A DNA stretch of 64,000 nucleotides from Patescibacteria group bacterium (GCA_041649715.1 JBAZMP010000001.1:82741-146740), one strand, 5' to 3'; numbered from the stretch's first letter, positions 6,993-16,419 are shown. Made by a program: numbers and translations. The notes: generated by a model from the sequence alone, not told the origin.

Positions 6993-7484
6993 TTACAGTA
7001 TCTCCATTTTTATAACTTTAACTCCCCATTGGATCGCATCTGTCTTGGTGGGCATCCAGATATCGGCGATATATCTGCCTTTGTTGGCTGCCATGCGGTC
7101 AGTCACGGTAAAAACTTTGTCTCCGAATTTTTCCGGAAACCTAACTTTAGTGCCGAAGGGCAGATAATTATAGGCAATAATGCCATCCCGGACTTTTTCT
7201 CCCGAAGCGGTGGTAAAGGGGTCGTTGTCGCATTCTTCACGGCTTGAGGAATAAGCGGTTACCGAAAGCTTGATTATCTTCCGCGGCTGACGATTGGCAA
7301 TTTCAGGCAGTCCGGTCAAGGACTTTATTTTTTCAACCTGCCGATAATCATTTTGATTAAGGATTGATATTTCTTTAGCTTGGACTTTTTCCGTTTGCGG
7401 GAAGAACCAGCTTAATAGACTAAAAAGCGCGATGAACGCAATAATTTTTTCCGGATTAAAGACCAATCGGGCCTTCATCTTCAT
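6993..7484 (-). CDS. 3D-domain protein (MltA/YuiC-like cell-wall hydrolase fold) with an N-terminal membrane anchor
   Basis: TAYSSSREECDNDPFTTASGEKV...GTKV...VTDRMAA...DIW matches the 3D-domain conserved Asp pattern. Confidence 0.6.
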   Translation of the reverse strand: MKMKARLVFNPEKIIAFIALFSLLSWFFPQTEKVQAKEISILNQNDYRQVEKIKSLTGLPEIANRQPRKIIKLSVTAYSSSREECDNDPFTTASGEKVRDGIIAYNYLPFGTKVRFPEKFGDKVFTVTDRMAANKGRYIADIWMPTKTDAIQWGVKVIKMEIL

Positions 7485-7752
7485 GGGTAATTTAGTTACT
7501 GGCTTAGACCTTGCTTCGCTCTTTATTCCTAAATTCGCGAGAGCAAAGTATCAAAAAACTGCTAACCTTAGAGAAAAATAGCAGTTTGTTGATATATCAC
7601 CTTAGCACATCCATAAATTTTGTCAAGCCCCGTTGGAAATCCAGAAAAATCAGCGCCATGATCGGCAAATGATAATTTCTAACAGGGTAAGGGGCCTTTT
7701 TGGTAAAGAAAAAACCGTTCCGAGGGGAACGGTTATTGTTCAAAGGTGATAT

Positions 7753-8163
7753 TTACTCGAAATTCCAGTATTTCGGGCCGTTTGGACACTGATTGTTCAT
7801 GTCATCCCAGGTGGTGATCTCCAGCTGTTTTGCGATCAGGGTGTAGCTGATCACACCGGGGCCGCAAAGATACTGGTCGAGAATGATGTTTTTACAACAA
7901 TCATCATACCGCCGGACAAGGACCCGGGTACAGCCGTTCACCGGTTTGATAATCTTGAGTTCATACGGAATGAGATCGAGATTTCGGCGCGAATCATGGC
8001 GGGATTGGTTGTCGGGGTTGTAGATGAAGGTGATGTCCTTCATCTGAAAGACATAGAGTCCGTCGGAATTTGTGTTGATCTCATTGGGGTCAAGGAGGCA
8101 TGAGGAGGTTAAGCCGAAGATTATAAGCAGGGTCATAATAAACATCTTGTTCATTTTGATCAC
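7753..8163 (-). CDS. hypothetical Cys-rich secreted lipoprotein
   Basis: Signal peptide with LTSSC lipobox and 7 Cys in the mature part. Followed by the bidirectional terminator at 7713-7742. Confidence 0.4.
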   Translation of the reverse strand: MIKMNKMFIMTLLIIFGLTSSCLLDPNEINTNSDGLYVFQMKDITFIYNPDNQSRHDSRRNLDLIPYELKIIKPVNGCTRVLVRRYDDCCKNIILDQYLCGPGVISYTLIAKQLEITTWDDMNNQCPNGPKYWNFE

Positions 8164-8609
8164 CTCGTTTTAGGAAAGGACATTTGTTTCACAGCACCTT
8201 TGAAAAATCATCTTAGCGCAAAATTGATATTTTGTCAAGCCTAAAAATTATTTCAAGATTTATGTCTGTTGGGATGATTTGCGGACTAGGCCGATTTTAA
8301 GAAAAAAATTTATAATTTTTTCGCATCTTGATTAAGGAATTTGCCCTTGATAAATATACTTTTTTTTATTCTTGATCAGTGAATATTATCAGCCGCATGG
8401 AATAACTTCGGGAAATTTATTTGGCTAGATAACCGACATTTTTGTTTATTATATTGTTATTATTAAGCGCATACTATCTGAAAAATTTTTCAAGGCCAGC
8501 TCTTTTTCGCCCCTATCTATTGTCTGCCAGGAAGAGTATACTATAATCAGGCTCTCTTTAAAGGAGCGCACCTTGTCCAAGGTGCTAAGTTAACCAAAGA
8601 AAGCATCTT

Positions 8610-9161
8610 ATGACTCCCAATATTTCTCCCTCGCACAGCGAGGACGAACTAACCCGAGTTTCGGACGCCAATTCCGAACAAACAATAAGAAAAAGCACGG
8701 CTTCAGGACCCAGCCAGGTCGCCCAAACGGTTTCCACGTCAACTTCGACGCCGACGAGCGAATCAACTAAGACTGAACGCACGGTTGGCGCCACGCCGGG
8801 CGCGGCCAAAGAATACGCCCAGAAAAAGACGCTTTTTCACGCCTACCAAGTAATTTGGTTCATTTTCGGCTTTATTGAAATTGTCCTTGCCTTCCGTTTC
8901 GTACTCAAAGTAATGGGCGCCAATCCTGACGCCGGATTCACCAAATTTGCCTACGGCTTAAGCTATCCGTTTGCCGCTCCATTCTTAAGTATTTTCCAAC
9001 CGACCGCCAATAAAGGCATTGAAACAACTTCTTTCTTTGAGTGGTCAACTATTGTGGCGGCGATCGTTTATGTCGTTATCACCTGGGGTATTACCAAAAT
9101 CTTTAAATTAGGCAAGCCGACTGATTCGAGAGAGGTCGTCGACACCGTTGACAGACAGTAG
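8610..9161 (+). CDS. hypothetical protein with a Ser/Thr-rich N-terminus and a C-terminal YggT-like membrane domain
   Basis: Low-complexity STS-rich region followed by two transmembrane segments. Confidence 0.4.
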   Translation: MTPNISPSHSEDELTRVSDANSEQTIRKSTASGPSQVAQTVSTSTSTPTSESTKTERTVGATPGAAKEYAQKKTLFHAYQVIWFIFGFIEIVLAFRFVLKVMGANPDAGFTKFAYGLSYPFAAPFLSIFQPTANKGIETTSFFEWSTIVAAIVYVVITWGITKIFKLGKPTDSREVVDTVDRQ

Positions 9162-9197
9162 AGCCAGTAGGAGAATTCTTCATCTTCGTCAAATTAT

Positions 9198-9230
9198 AAA
9201 AAAAAGGCGCTTACGCGCCTCTTTTTTATA
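9198..9230. terminator. bidirectional intrinsic terminator
   Basis: aaaaaaa ggcgc ttac gcgcc tctttttt: a GC hairpin flanked by A and T runs. Confidence 0.6.
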
Positions 9231-9252
9231 ATTTTGTGTGAAATTTGTTCCC

Positions 9253-9447
9253 TATCTAATCAGTGGCTCTGCGCCGCTGAAAAAAATAAATTTATCGTCT
9301 GGAGCCGGTTTTACGAAAAAGTTCGCACCTTTTTCGTCTGACCGGTCGGCGGGCGGCCGGTGCGCGGGGGGGTCGGCCGCCCGCCCTGTCCGCGCTTTTT
9401 CTTAAAAAGCCTTCCTTTTTCGTGCCACGCTTCACGTGGCGCGCCGC
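9253..9447. repeat. inverted repeat copy A of the recombinase-associated repeat; 9297-9423 (127 bp) is 100% identical to the reverse complement of 14483-14609
   Basis: Direct comparison with the reverse complement of 14460-14705. The outer 45 nt are diverged. Contains a 12-bp all-GC hairpin, ggcgggcggccg...cggccgcccgcc, and a terminal hairpin whose stem shows compensatory changes between copies. Confidence 0.85.
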
Positions 9448-9460
9448 AACTATAACAATG

Positions 9461-10045
9461 CTATAAACAATCACTTTTACTTATAGCAAAAAAGAAAGTT
9501 TGAGTTGAGTTTTGCACTTGATAAGAATATTCCATGTTTATATCTTGGTCTAGGAGATTATTCCTTGTTTCTGGTGTTTGGCAAGCATTGGGGGCGATGA
9601 TATTTTTCAGTGACTCATTTGTAAGTTGGCTTGTGTCAATATCATGGAGTGTATAAACATAACGAATTGCATTTGGTTCTGCTAAAATATCAGTCCAAGT
9701 CGTTACCGCATCAACTTGCTGAGGAAGTGTTGATTGGGCTTTTATTTCCTGGACGGATTCCTTGATAATATCCTGTTTAGAGTCGCCCCCTAAAATAGCG
9801 GAAGTACCGTTATATACAACATAACGAGCGACTAAAAATGCCATAATAAAAACTACTATGCCTATAACAGAGCCCACAAGTGATTTAATCTTTTTACTCT
9901 TTTTTCCTGGGGTTTTTTCTGATGTTTTGGGTGTTAATTCAGATTGAACGATTTTACCGCCGCAACTCTTGCAAAATTTTGCATTATCATTATTTTCGTT
10001 ACCACAATTTTTACAATATATTTTTTTCTCTTCGGTATTAGTCAT
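9461..10045 (-). CDS. zinc-ribbon membrane protein: N-terminal CxxC-x-CxxC, one transmembrane helix, extracytoplasmic C-terminal domain
   Basis: CKNCGNENNDNAKFCKSCG followed by a hydrophobic helix. Confidence 0.45.
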   Translation of the reverse strand: MTNTEEKKIYCKNCGNENNDNAKFCKSCGGKIVQSELTPKTSEKTPGKKSKKIKSLVGSVIGIVVFIMAFLVARYVVYNGTSAILGGDSKQDIIKESVQEIKAQSTLPQQVDAVTTWTDILAEPNAIRYVYTLHDIDTSQLTNESLKNIIAPNACQTPETRNNLLDQDINMEYSYQVQNSTQTFFFAISKSDCL

Positions 10046-10226
10046 AAATTAGTAATTAAATATTATTTTATTTATTCTGCACGGCTAGGCTCCAGATAGC
10101 AAGCTTGATTTTATTAGGTAGGTTTTTAAGGGTATAGTATTTTTTGTGTACCGCTCTTGTCCCGTCGGATGACGGGATCACGGGGCGCGCCGCAATGGAT
10201 ATAAAAAATTGGTTAGGGTTTCTATG

Positions 10227-11102
10227 TTAATTCATTATATTATTATTTCGGAAAATATCAAGAAACGAGGGAGTTGCATGACCAAAAGAGTATGAAGCGT
10301 TTAGGGTTTCTATATATGCCTGTTCTTTATATATTTTTAGTAATTTTTTCCCCTCATCAGTAATTGGCACCTCTTTCTCATTGATTTTTATTACCTTATA
10401 GCCACTCACAATTGATACAAGGCGGCCAGTCCTGATATCAAAAATTGGGCCACCACTATTTCCAGGGTTGAAAGCCATTGTAAATTCATATAGGTATTTA
10501 TCTTTAGAAGTTTGATATCTACAGTTAATAACACCCTTGTCGACCCTAAGTAGTATGTTACCAATTAATGGTTTACTTAAATCATTATTGGCAAAATCCA
10601 ATTTGCACAAAGGATATCCCAAAACACCAACTTCCGACCCAATCGGTAAAAAATCTTTTGAGATTCTAACAAAATCATTTCTATCTGCTAATATTTTGTC
10701 GTCAACCTGATAGAATTCCTTATCTAAATTAAATATTGCTAAGTCAATCTCGGGGAAAATAAACAAATCTTTATTTATTTTTGGTTCATAAATTCTATAG
10801 TGCCAACTATTATCATCGTCGTGTTTTAACAAATAATATTTGTCACCATCATGGTGCTGAGACGACTCATCTTTTTGAGTATTACTAACAACATGAGCAG
10901 CGGTTAATAATTTCTCCTGTGCTGCCACAAAACCAGTCCCAAGTGTGGTCCACCTAATTACTTGTTGATCGTTAATTTTTTCACTTCTACCACGTACAAT
11001 TATATAAACTGATTTTTTTAGCCACCTCACACATTCAGAAAATGAATGAAATTTTTCTGGTCTTTTTGGGATTCTGATTTTTTTATCTTTTGACATATTC
11101 AC
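10227..11102 (-). CDS. trypsin-like (S1 family) serine protease
   Basis: Catalytic triad context TAAHVV (His), DLAIF (Asp) and GNSGGPIF (Ser). Confidence 0.7.
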   Translation of the reverse strand: MNMSKDKKIRIPKRPEKFHSFSECVRWLKKSVYIIVRGRSEKINDQQVIRWTTLGTGFVAAQEKLLTAAHVVSNTQKDESSQHHDGDKYYLLKHDDDNSWHYRIYEPKINKDLFIFPEIDLAIFNLDKEFYQVDDKILADRNDFVRISKDFLPIGSEVGVLGYPLCKLDFANNDLSKPLIGNILLRVDKGVINCRYQTSKDKYLYEFTMAFNPGNSGGPIFDIRTGRLVSIVSGYKVIKINEKEVPITDEGKKLLKIYKEQAYIETLNASYSFGHATPSFLDIFRNNNIMN

Positions 11103-11135
11103 AACTTTAAAGGTGGGTTATTAAAAATCAATAAA

Positions 11136-13067
11136 CTACCTTTGGAATTTTTTTTCAACTAAGAATTTATGAATTTTATGCCCATATTGATTAACAAGCC
11201 TATTATGTTGGACGCTCACGGCGGCTGATGCCTCACCTAAAAATGGTTCCCCACTTTCAATTTTTCTTTTAGCAATTTCACGACAAACTGCTTCAACAAC
11301 TAGTTCAGCAAGCATAACTTGGCAGTGTCCTTCTTCTTGATTTTCGCCCTGTGGGCCAAAATACATTTCTACAGACGGTGCTTTTGTCGCAATAATTACT
11401 TGGCCACTAGATTGCTCAAACCTAACCCTTTGACGAGGATCAGCAATAGGACTGAAAGTAATTTCTCTAAATAAACCAGCTTTCTTTTTATCTGTAGGTT
11501 CTGGCGTTTTTCTTTTTGAAATGACTTTTACTAATGCCTCTGCTTGCAAGTTATTTGCAATTGCAGTGATTACTCCTTCTGCACCAACTTGTTTACCAAT
11601 AACATGGATCTGTGTAGTTACAATACCGCTTTCATCAGCACCTTTCTCATTTAGTACTATTTTAGGATTTATGACAATAACATTGTTATTGTCACTATTA
11701 ATTTTTATGGTCGCTCCAGGCGGTAATTTTAGGGGAACGATTACTTTAAGAGTAAGAGTTGCTTGGCAATCGACTACTAATTGACTATAGTCAGGGACAA
11801 AATCAAATCCATTTGGAGGTGGTTCATTAATAGTACCCTCCGACCCACCTGTCCCTTCGCCTTTAGTGTCTTCTAGCTCTAATTTAGCAATTTTATTTAA
11901 TTCAGGAAGGGCTGATTGAAAACGTTTTCTTGTTTTCTCACTCTCTAATTTATTTTCACTTTCTTTAGCCAATTTTTCCTCGTCTTTAACAAATTTTTCA
12001 ACTTCCTTACTAATTATTTGGTCAAGCGCTTTTGAAAAATTATCAGTCCAGTCTATGCCTTGTCGATCTGATCTAATAATTGGCCTTTGTTCTACTCTTA
12101 ATAGATGGTCAATATAATCTACGACTGCCCTTCCGTATAATCTTACGGCGTATATATTACCTTCAAATTTTTTAGTTAGTGTAATATCAAGAACCGCGCC
12201 CTTGGATTTTACTAAAATCCCGCTTTCCCTTAGCGGCCCTTCGTCATCATAGCTACTTAGTGGTTCATCAGACCTATAGAGTTCCAGATCAATTTTTGCC
12301 GCATTATAACCCGGCACAGTAAGTTCAGTATGCTCATATAATTTCCCTTTTGGTAATATATACGATAGTTCCTCTTGCCTTTTAATTTTCTCTCTCCCAT
12401 TCTTTTCGATTAGGACTACTTCTCTCATTTTGCTGCTCATTATGTCTCGCAGACTATAATAATGCTCCAATTGCCTTTTTAAATTATCATATTGCGGAAT
12501 TCTAATTTGAGAATTTAGAGCTTTTAGAGTTATACAGGTTCCGTTACTCTCAATTCCGATATCTTTTCGCATCTGTTTTGTGACTTTACATGGTATATAG
12601 CGTTTATAGTTAAGATGTTCAAGAATGCATTTGTTATACGATTGCTCTATAACTGATTCAACGGTACCATAACCAAAAGCGATCATGGCTTCTTTTAATC
12701 CTCTGCCCCAATACCCTCTTCCAGCTTGTTCTTCCGTAAATTCACTTGTATCGCCACCATATTCAGCGACGCGCTCATCCATCTTAAACTCATTAAAACC
12801 CTCGGCATAATCGATTACTCGCACTACTGATCCTTGACGTTTTCTGATAAGTTCAATTATTATTTTTCCACTATTTTTAATATTTTTATTCTCAAGTCGT
12901 CGATAGGAGTCATCACAATTTGTGATTAACTCAATAAGTGCCAAAACCGCATTATTTTTAATTGTGGCTCTAGCTTGTTGTTCGGCAACACGTTGATGTA
13001 AGTGAATTTGTTTATTGACTGCGATGTCCATAAAATTAATTCTTAATTTTGCGTCTATGCATGCCAC
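11136..13067 (-). CDS. GHKL-superfamily (HATPase_c-like) ATPase domain protein, 643 aa, with a long uncharacterised C-terminal region
   Basis: Bergerat-fold motifs: N-box ELITNCDDS, G1-like IDYAEGF, G2 GRGYWGRGLKEA. Confidence 0.55.
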   Translation of the reverse strand: MACIDAKLRINFMDIAVNKQIHLHQRVAEQQARATIKNNAVLALIELITNCDDSYRRLENKNIKNSGKIIIELIRKRQGSVVRVIDYAEGFNEFKMDERVAEYGGDTSEFTEEQAGRGYWGRGLKEAMIAFGYGTVESVIEQSYNKCILEHLNYKRYIPCKVTKQMRKDIGIESNGTCITLKALNSQIRIPQYDNLKRQLEHYYSLRDIMSSKMREVVLIEKNGREKIKRQEELSYILPKGKLYEHTELTVPGYNAAKIDLELYRSDEPLSSYDDEGPLRESGILVKSKGAVLDITLTKKFEGNIYAVRLYGRAVVDYIDHLLRVEQRPIIRSDRQGIDWTDNFSKALDQIISKEVEKFVKDEEKLAKESENKLESEKTRKRFQSALPELNKIAKLELEDTKGEGTGGSEGTINEPPPNGFDFVPDYSQLVVDCQATLTLKVIVPLKLPPGATIKINSDNNNVIVINPKIVLNEKGADESGIVTTQIHVIGKQVGAEGVITAIANNLQAEALVKVISKRKTPEPTDKKKAGLFREITFSPIADPRQRVRFEQSSGQVIIATKAPSVEMYFGPQGENQEEGHCQVMLAELVVEAVCREIAKRKIESGEPFLGEASAAVSVQHNRLVNQYGHKIHKFLVEKKFQR

Positions 13068-13704
13068 CTACGTATTTTTTATCTAACTCCATAGGTGAGT
13101 TAAGCAGCCTGGAGAATCTCGTTTCGCACATTTTAAGAAATTCTACCAAGTCATTTCTGTTATAATCTTCGACAGCTTCAAATAATTGTTGTAAGTTTTT
13201 TCTCCTCGTTTCCGGAAGGGAATCGAGGGTACAGTATATTAAATCACAAAACTCAAATTCGGATATCTTTATTGTATTTCCAACTCTAAGATACTCTTTA
13301 TATTTACTATTTTCTTCCAGTTGTTTAACTAATCGACCACTTTTTGTCCTTCGGTCGCCTTTAATCGCAAGTAGTTTCTTTGTGTCTATTTCGTGAGCTC
13401 CAAGAACTTTACGAATCTTTTGAACGATATTTAAACCTCGGCCCGTAATTTCGAATCCCTGAGCCTTACTGCCTGTAATTAAGCCTTTGTCTGTTCTACA
13501 TCTTAACCAACATTTTTCAACCTGAGATGAATCAGGATATTTTGAAATATAACCAGGCAATCCGAATCTTTGTGGAAAAAGCTCATAACATTCAACAACA
13601 AGATTCTCAAAGTTTGTTACTTTATTCCTCTGGATTAATGAGTATAAGGCAAATACTAATAAATCATCATAAGGAATTTTATTATAAATTTTTGGGTCAA
13701 ACAT
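13036..13704 (-). CDS. hypothetical protein, 222 aa, in an operon with the GHKL ATPase
   Basis: ORF overlaps the downstream gene by about 30 nt, suggesting translational coupling. No motif recognised. Confidence 0.4.
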   Translation of the reverse strand: MFDPKIYNKIPYDDLLVFALYSLIQRNKVTNFENLVVECYELFPQRFGLPGYISKYPDSSQVEKCWLRCRTDKGLITGSKAQGFEITGRGLNIVQKIRKVLGAHEIDTKKLLAIKGDRRTKSGRLVKQLEENSKYKEYLRVGNTIKISEFEFCDLIYCTLDSLPETRRKNLQQLFEAVEDYNRNDLVEFLKMCETRFSRLLNSPMELDKKYVGGMHRRKIKN

Positions 13705-13712
13705 AATATTAT

Positions 13713-13952
13713 CTATTTAAGCTTAAATCTTTGATCTTTGGTTGTGTGGTGAAATTTTGATTTAACGTCGCGGACCATTTTTTCAATAGAATCAAAAATT
13801 TTTCGGACATCACTTTCCGTATAATCATATGCTTGACGATTCGCACAATTCCCTAAAATCATAAGTTTATTTAAAACTTCATTTGTTCTGTATTCGGCAA
13901 GTCTTTTAAATCTATCTGCTTTTGACTCGTTAATTGGGGGTTTGGGTTTCAT
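13713..13952 (-). CDS. hypothetical small basic protein, 79 aa
   Basis: Tightly spaced within the minus-strand operon. Confidence 0.35.
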   Translation of the reverse strand: MKPKPPINESKADRFKRLAEYRTNEVLNKLMILGNCANRQAYDYTESDVRKIFDSIEKMVRDVKSKFHHTTKDQRFKLK

Positions 13953-14130
13953 TGTATTTTTTTAAATCTTAAATTATTGAATTACTTATGAGTTTACTTA
14001 AAGGTTAAAAAATGGTTATATCATCTAAAAATTAGTCTAATACCATTAGTAATCATTGTCAAGATATAATATTGTGGATAACTAAAAAAGACCGAATTAA
14101 ATCGGCTAATATTAGCGAAAAAATACTATT

Positions 14131-14352
14131 CTAATTAATAAAGTAATAAATCTGCTTTTTATATATTTCGGCAAAGCGCTTTAATTCAATAATATCCACT
14201 CTTTGGTCCCCCGCCTCAACCTTTGATATATAGGATTGAGGCTCTTTAAGTTTATTGGCGACCTGTATTTGGGTTAATCCGGCCTCAATACGAGCTTTTT
14301 TTAGCTTTTGGATCAGTTTTTTATACTCTTCAAAATATATTGTGCTTGACAT
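14131..14352 (-). CDS. XRE-family helix-turn-helix transcriptional regulator
   Basis: LTQIQVANKLKEPQSYISKVEAG is a typical Cro/C1 HTH. Direct repeats ttctaattttgaatat and tcttaatttgaatat lie upstream at about 14360-14395. Confidence 0.7.
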   Translation of the reverse strand: MSSTIYFEEYKKLIQKLKKARIEAGLTQIQVANKLKEPQSYISKVEAGDQRVDIIELKRFAEIYKKQIYYFIN

Positions 14353-14459
14353 GGTTATATGATATATTCAAATTAAGAATATTCAAAATTAGAATATTAC
14401 AAAAGGGGAGTAAAGACGTGCGTATGGGTGGGCGGGGCAAACGTTAAGAGGTTTAAAAG

Positions 14460-14705
14460 CGGCGCATCTCCCGAAGGGAGATACGAAAAAGGAAGGCTTT
14501 TTAAGAAAAAGCGCGGACAGGGCGGGCGGCCGACCCCCCCCGCGCACCGGCCGCCCGCCGACCGGTCAGACGAAAAAGGTGCGAACTTTTTCGTAAAACC
14601 GGCTCCAGTTCGTAAATTGCGATTTTTTTGTGGCGAATAACCACTGATTAGATAATAAAATTAGGGCTTTTTGCCCGAAGACTTGGAAGTTCGACACCCG
14701 CGACG
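14460..14705. repeat. inverted repeat copy B: inverted relative to both copy A (9253-9447) and copy C (16139-16229)
   Basis: Reverse complement of 14483-14609 equals 9297-9423. Reverse complement of 14609-14705 equals 16139-16229 over about 92 bp. Confidence 0.85.
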
Positions 14706-14773
14706 ACGGGGGGCTCCGCCGGAGGCGGAGCAGCCAATTTTTCTAAGTTTAAATAAAAGCGAAAGCGACAACT

Positions 14774-16237
14774 ATGAAATATTTAATTTACGCCAGAAAA
14801 TCAACGGACGAGGACGACCGGCAAGTATTGTCCATAGAATCGCAAATAACAGAATTAAGAGAATTTGCCGTCAAGGAAAATTTAGAAATTATTGATGAAT
14901 ACATAGAAAGCAAGACGGCCAAAGCGCCCGGTCGTCCTCTTTTTAATAAAATGATAGAACGAATTGAAAAAAACGGTCCCATGGGAATTTTGGCGTGGCA
15001 TCCCGACCGATTGGCGAGAAACAGCATTGACGGAGGGAAAATTATTTATTTGGTTGATACCGGCAAAATCGGCGGTTTAAAGTTTCCCACTTTTTGGTTT
15101 GATGCCACGCCGCAGGGAAAATTCATGCTTAATATCGCTTTCGGCCAGAGCAAATACTATATTGATAACTTGTGTGAAAACATCAAGCGCGGCATACGCC
15201 AGAAATTAAGAAGAGGCGAATGGCCAGGGCTCGCGCCATTAGGGTATCTCAACGAATTGCGCCACCATACAATTATTAAAGACCCCGAGCGTTGGCCCAT
15301 AGTCAAAAAACTCTTTGAGGCGTATGCCGCGGGCAATCATACTTTGGAAAGTTTAAAACAGTTGTCGCTTTCGCTGGGCTTGGTGAGCCGAAGGTCCGGA
15401 AAACCGATAGTCATCACGATACTTTCGGATATGCTGACCAATCCGTTTTATTACGGCGTATTCGAGCACAGCGGTGAAATGCACCAGGGGACGCACGAGC
15501 CGATCATTACCAAACGGCTTTTTGACGCCGTTCAAAAAATCCATAATACCAAGCGCAAGACAAGAGTAAGAAAAGAGCTGATTCCTTTCGCTTTCCGAGG
15601 CGTATTTACCTGCGGCGAGTGCGGCCGAATGATTACGGCGGAAAGAAAGAAAAAGCCGTCAGGATTGAAATATATTTATTACCGCTGTACGAAAAAGAAT
15701 GTTGTTTGTTCCCAGAAATTCCTGGAAGAAAGGCGATTGGTCAGCCAGATTAATAAAACTATTGCGAGCGTCGCCCTTCCCGAAGATTGGAAAGACAAGA
15801 TGATAAAAAGGGTTGACGAAGAGATAAAGCAAGCTAAAACCAAACATCAAGGCGAGATTGTAGTGTTAAAAAATGAGCAAGCTAAGTTAGAATCAAAGCT
15901 TTTGCGACTGCTTGACGAACGGCTTGATCAGGCAATTTCCAAGCAGATTTTTTCCCAAGCAAAACAAAAAATCGTCAACCGGCAGGTTGAGATTAAAGAA
16001 TTGTTGGATGGGTTTAAACGGAAGGGCGACGCTCGGCTCGAACTCTTTAAAGAGTGGATTTTAGAGGCTCACCAAGCCCCTTTTATCGCAAAGCAGGAAA
16101 ATTTAGAAGTTAAGAGAAATTATATACAAAAAATTGGCTCGAACTTCCAAGTCTTCGGGCAAAAAGCCCTAATTTTATTATCTAATCAGTGGTTATTCGC
16201 CACAAAAAAATCGCAATTTACGAACTGGAGCGGGTGA
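14774..16237 (+). CDS. large serine recombinase (resolvase/integrase family with recombinase domain, zinc ribbon and coiled coil)
   Basis: N-terminal YARKSTDEDDRQVLSIESQ with the catalytic Ser-containing motif; recombinase domain. C-terminal Cys cluster CGECG...YYRC. The last roughly 30 codons lie inside repeat copy C. Confidence 0.75.
   Translation: MKYLIYARKSTDEDDRQVLSIESQITELREFAVKENLEIIDEYIESKTAKAPGRPLFNKMIERIEKNGPMGILAWHPDRLARNSIDGGKIIYLVDTGKIGGLKFPTFWFDATPQGKFMLNIAFGQSKYYIDNLCENIKRGIRQKLRRGEWPGLAPLGYLNELRHHTIIKDPERWPIVKKLFEAYAAGNHTLESLKQLSLSLGLVSRRSGKPIVITILSDMLTNPFYYGVFEHSGEMHQGTHEPIITKRLFDAVQKIHNTKRKTRVRKELIPFAFRGVFTCGECGRMITAERKKKPSGLKYIYYRCTKKNVVCSQKFLEERRLVSQINKTIASVALPEDWKDKMIKRVDEEIKQAKTKHQGEIVVLKNEQAKLESKLLRLLDERLDQAISKQIFSQAKQKIVNRQVEIKELLDGFKRKGDARLELFKEWILEAHQAPFIAKQENLEVKRNYIQKIGSNFQVFGQKALILLSNQWLFATKKSQFTNWSG
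16139..16229. repeat. inverted repeat copy C: a 92-bp perfect inverted partner of 14609-14705, ending at the CCA end of tRNA-Gly(GCC)
   Basis: Direct comparison. The repeat stops at ctggagc, overlapping the tRNA 3' terminus. Confidence 0.85.
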
Positions 16238-16301
16238 GCGGAGTCGAACCGCCGACCTTCTCCTTGGCAAGGAGACGTTCTAGCCACTGAACTACACCCG
16301 C
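16226..16301 (-). tRNA. tRNA-Gly, anticodon GCC, discriminator U; CCA encoded
   Basis: Reverse complement gives acceptor gcgggtg/cacccgc, anticodon stem tctcc/ggaga with loop ttGCCaa, T-arm ggcggttcgactccgct, terminal tcca. Confidence 0.85.
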
Positions 16302-16312
16302 ATGGTTTTTTA

Positions 16313-16384
16313 AGGTCACGGGCGGATTCGAACCGCCGAATAACGGTTTTGCAGACCGTTGCCTTACCACTTGGCTACGTGACC
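16313..16384 (-). tRNA. tRNA-Cys, anticodon GCA, discriminator U; no CCA
   Basis: Acceptor ggtcacg/cgtgacc, anticodon stem acggt/accgt with loop ctGCAaa, T-arm ggcggttcgaatccgcc. Confidence 0.85.
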
Positions 16385-16419
16385 ATAGTTTATAACTGTG
16401 ATAATTCCTTTTTGAAAAT

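Noticed and set aside
9292-9474. Arg/Pro-rich 60-aa ORF, and its mirror 14428-14640 70-aa ORF
   Set aside because: They are encoded by the GC-rich inverted repeat itself. Their composition is a by-product of the all-GC hairpin, not a plausible protein.
14671-14895. 74-aa plus-strand ORF starting inside repeat copy B and overlapping the recombinase start
   Set aside because: It overlaps the recombinase reading frame and the inverted repeat. It is more likely repeat-derived than a gene.
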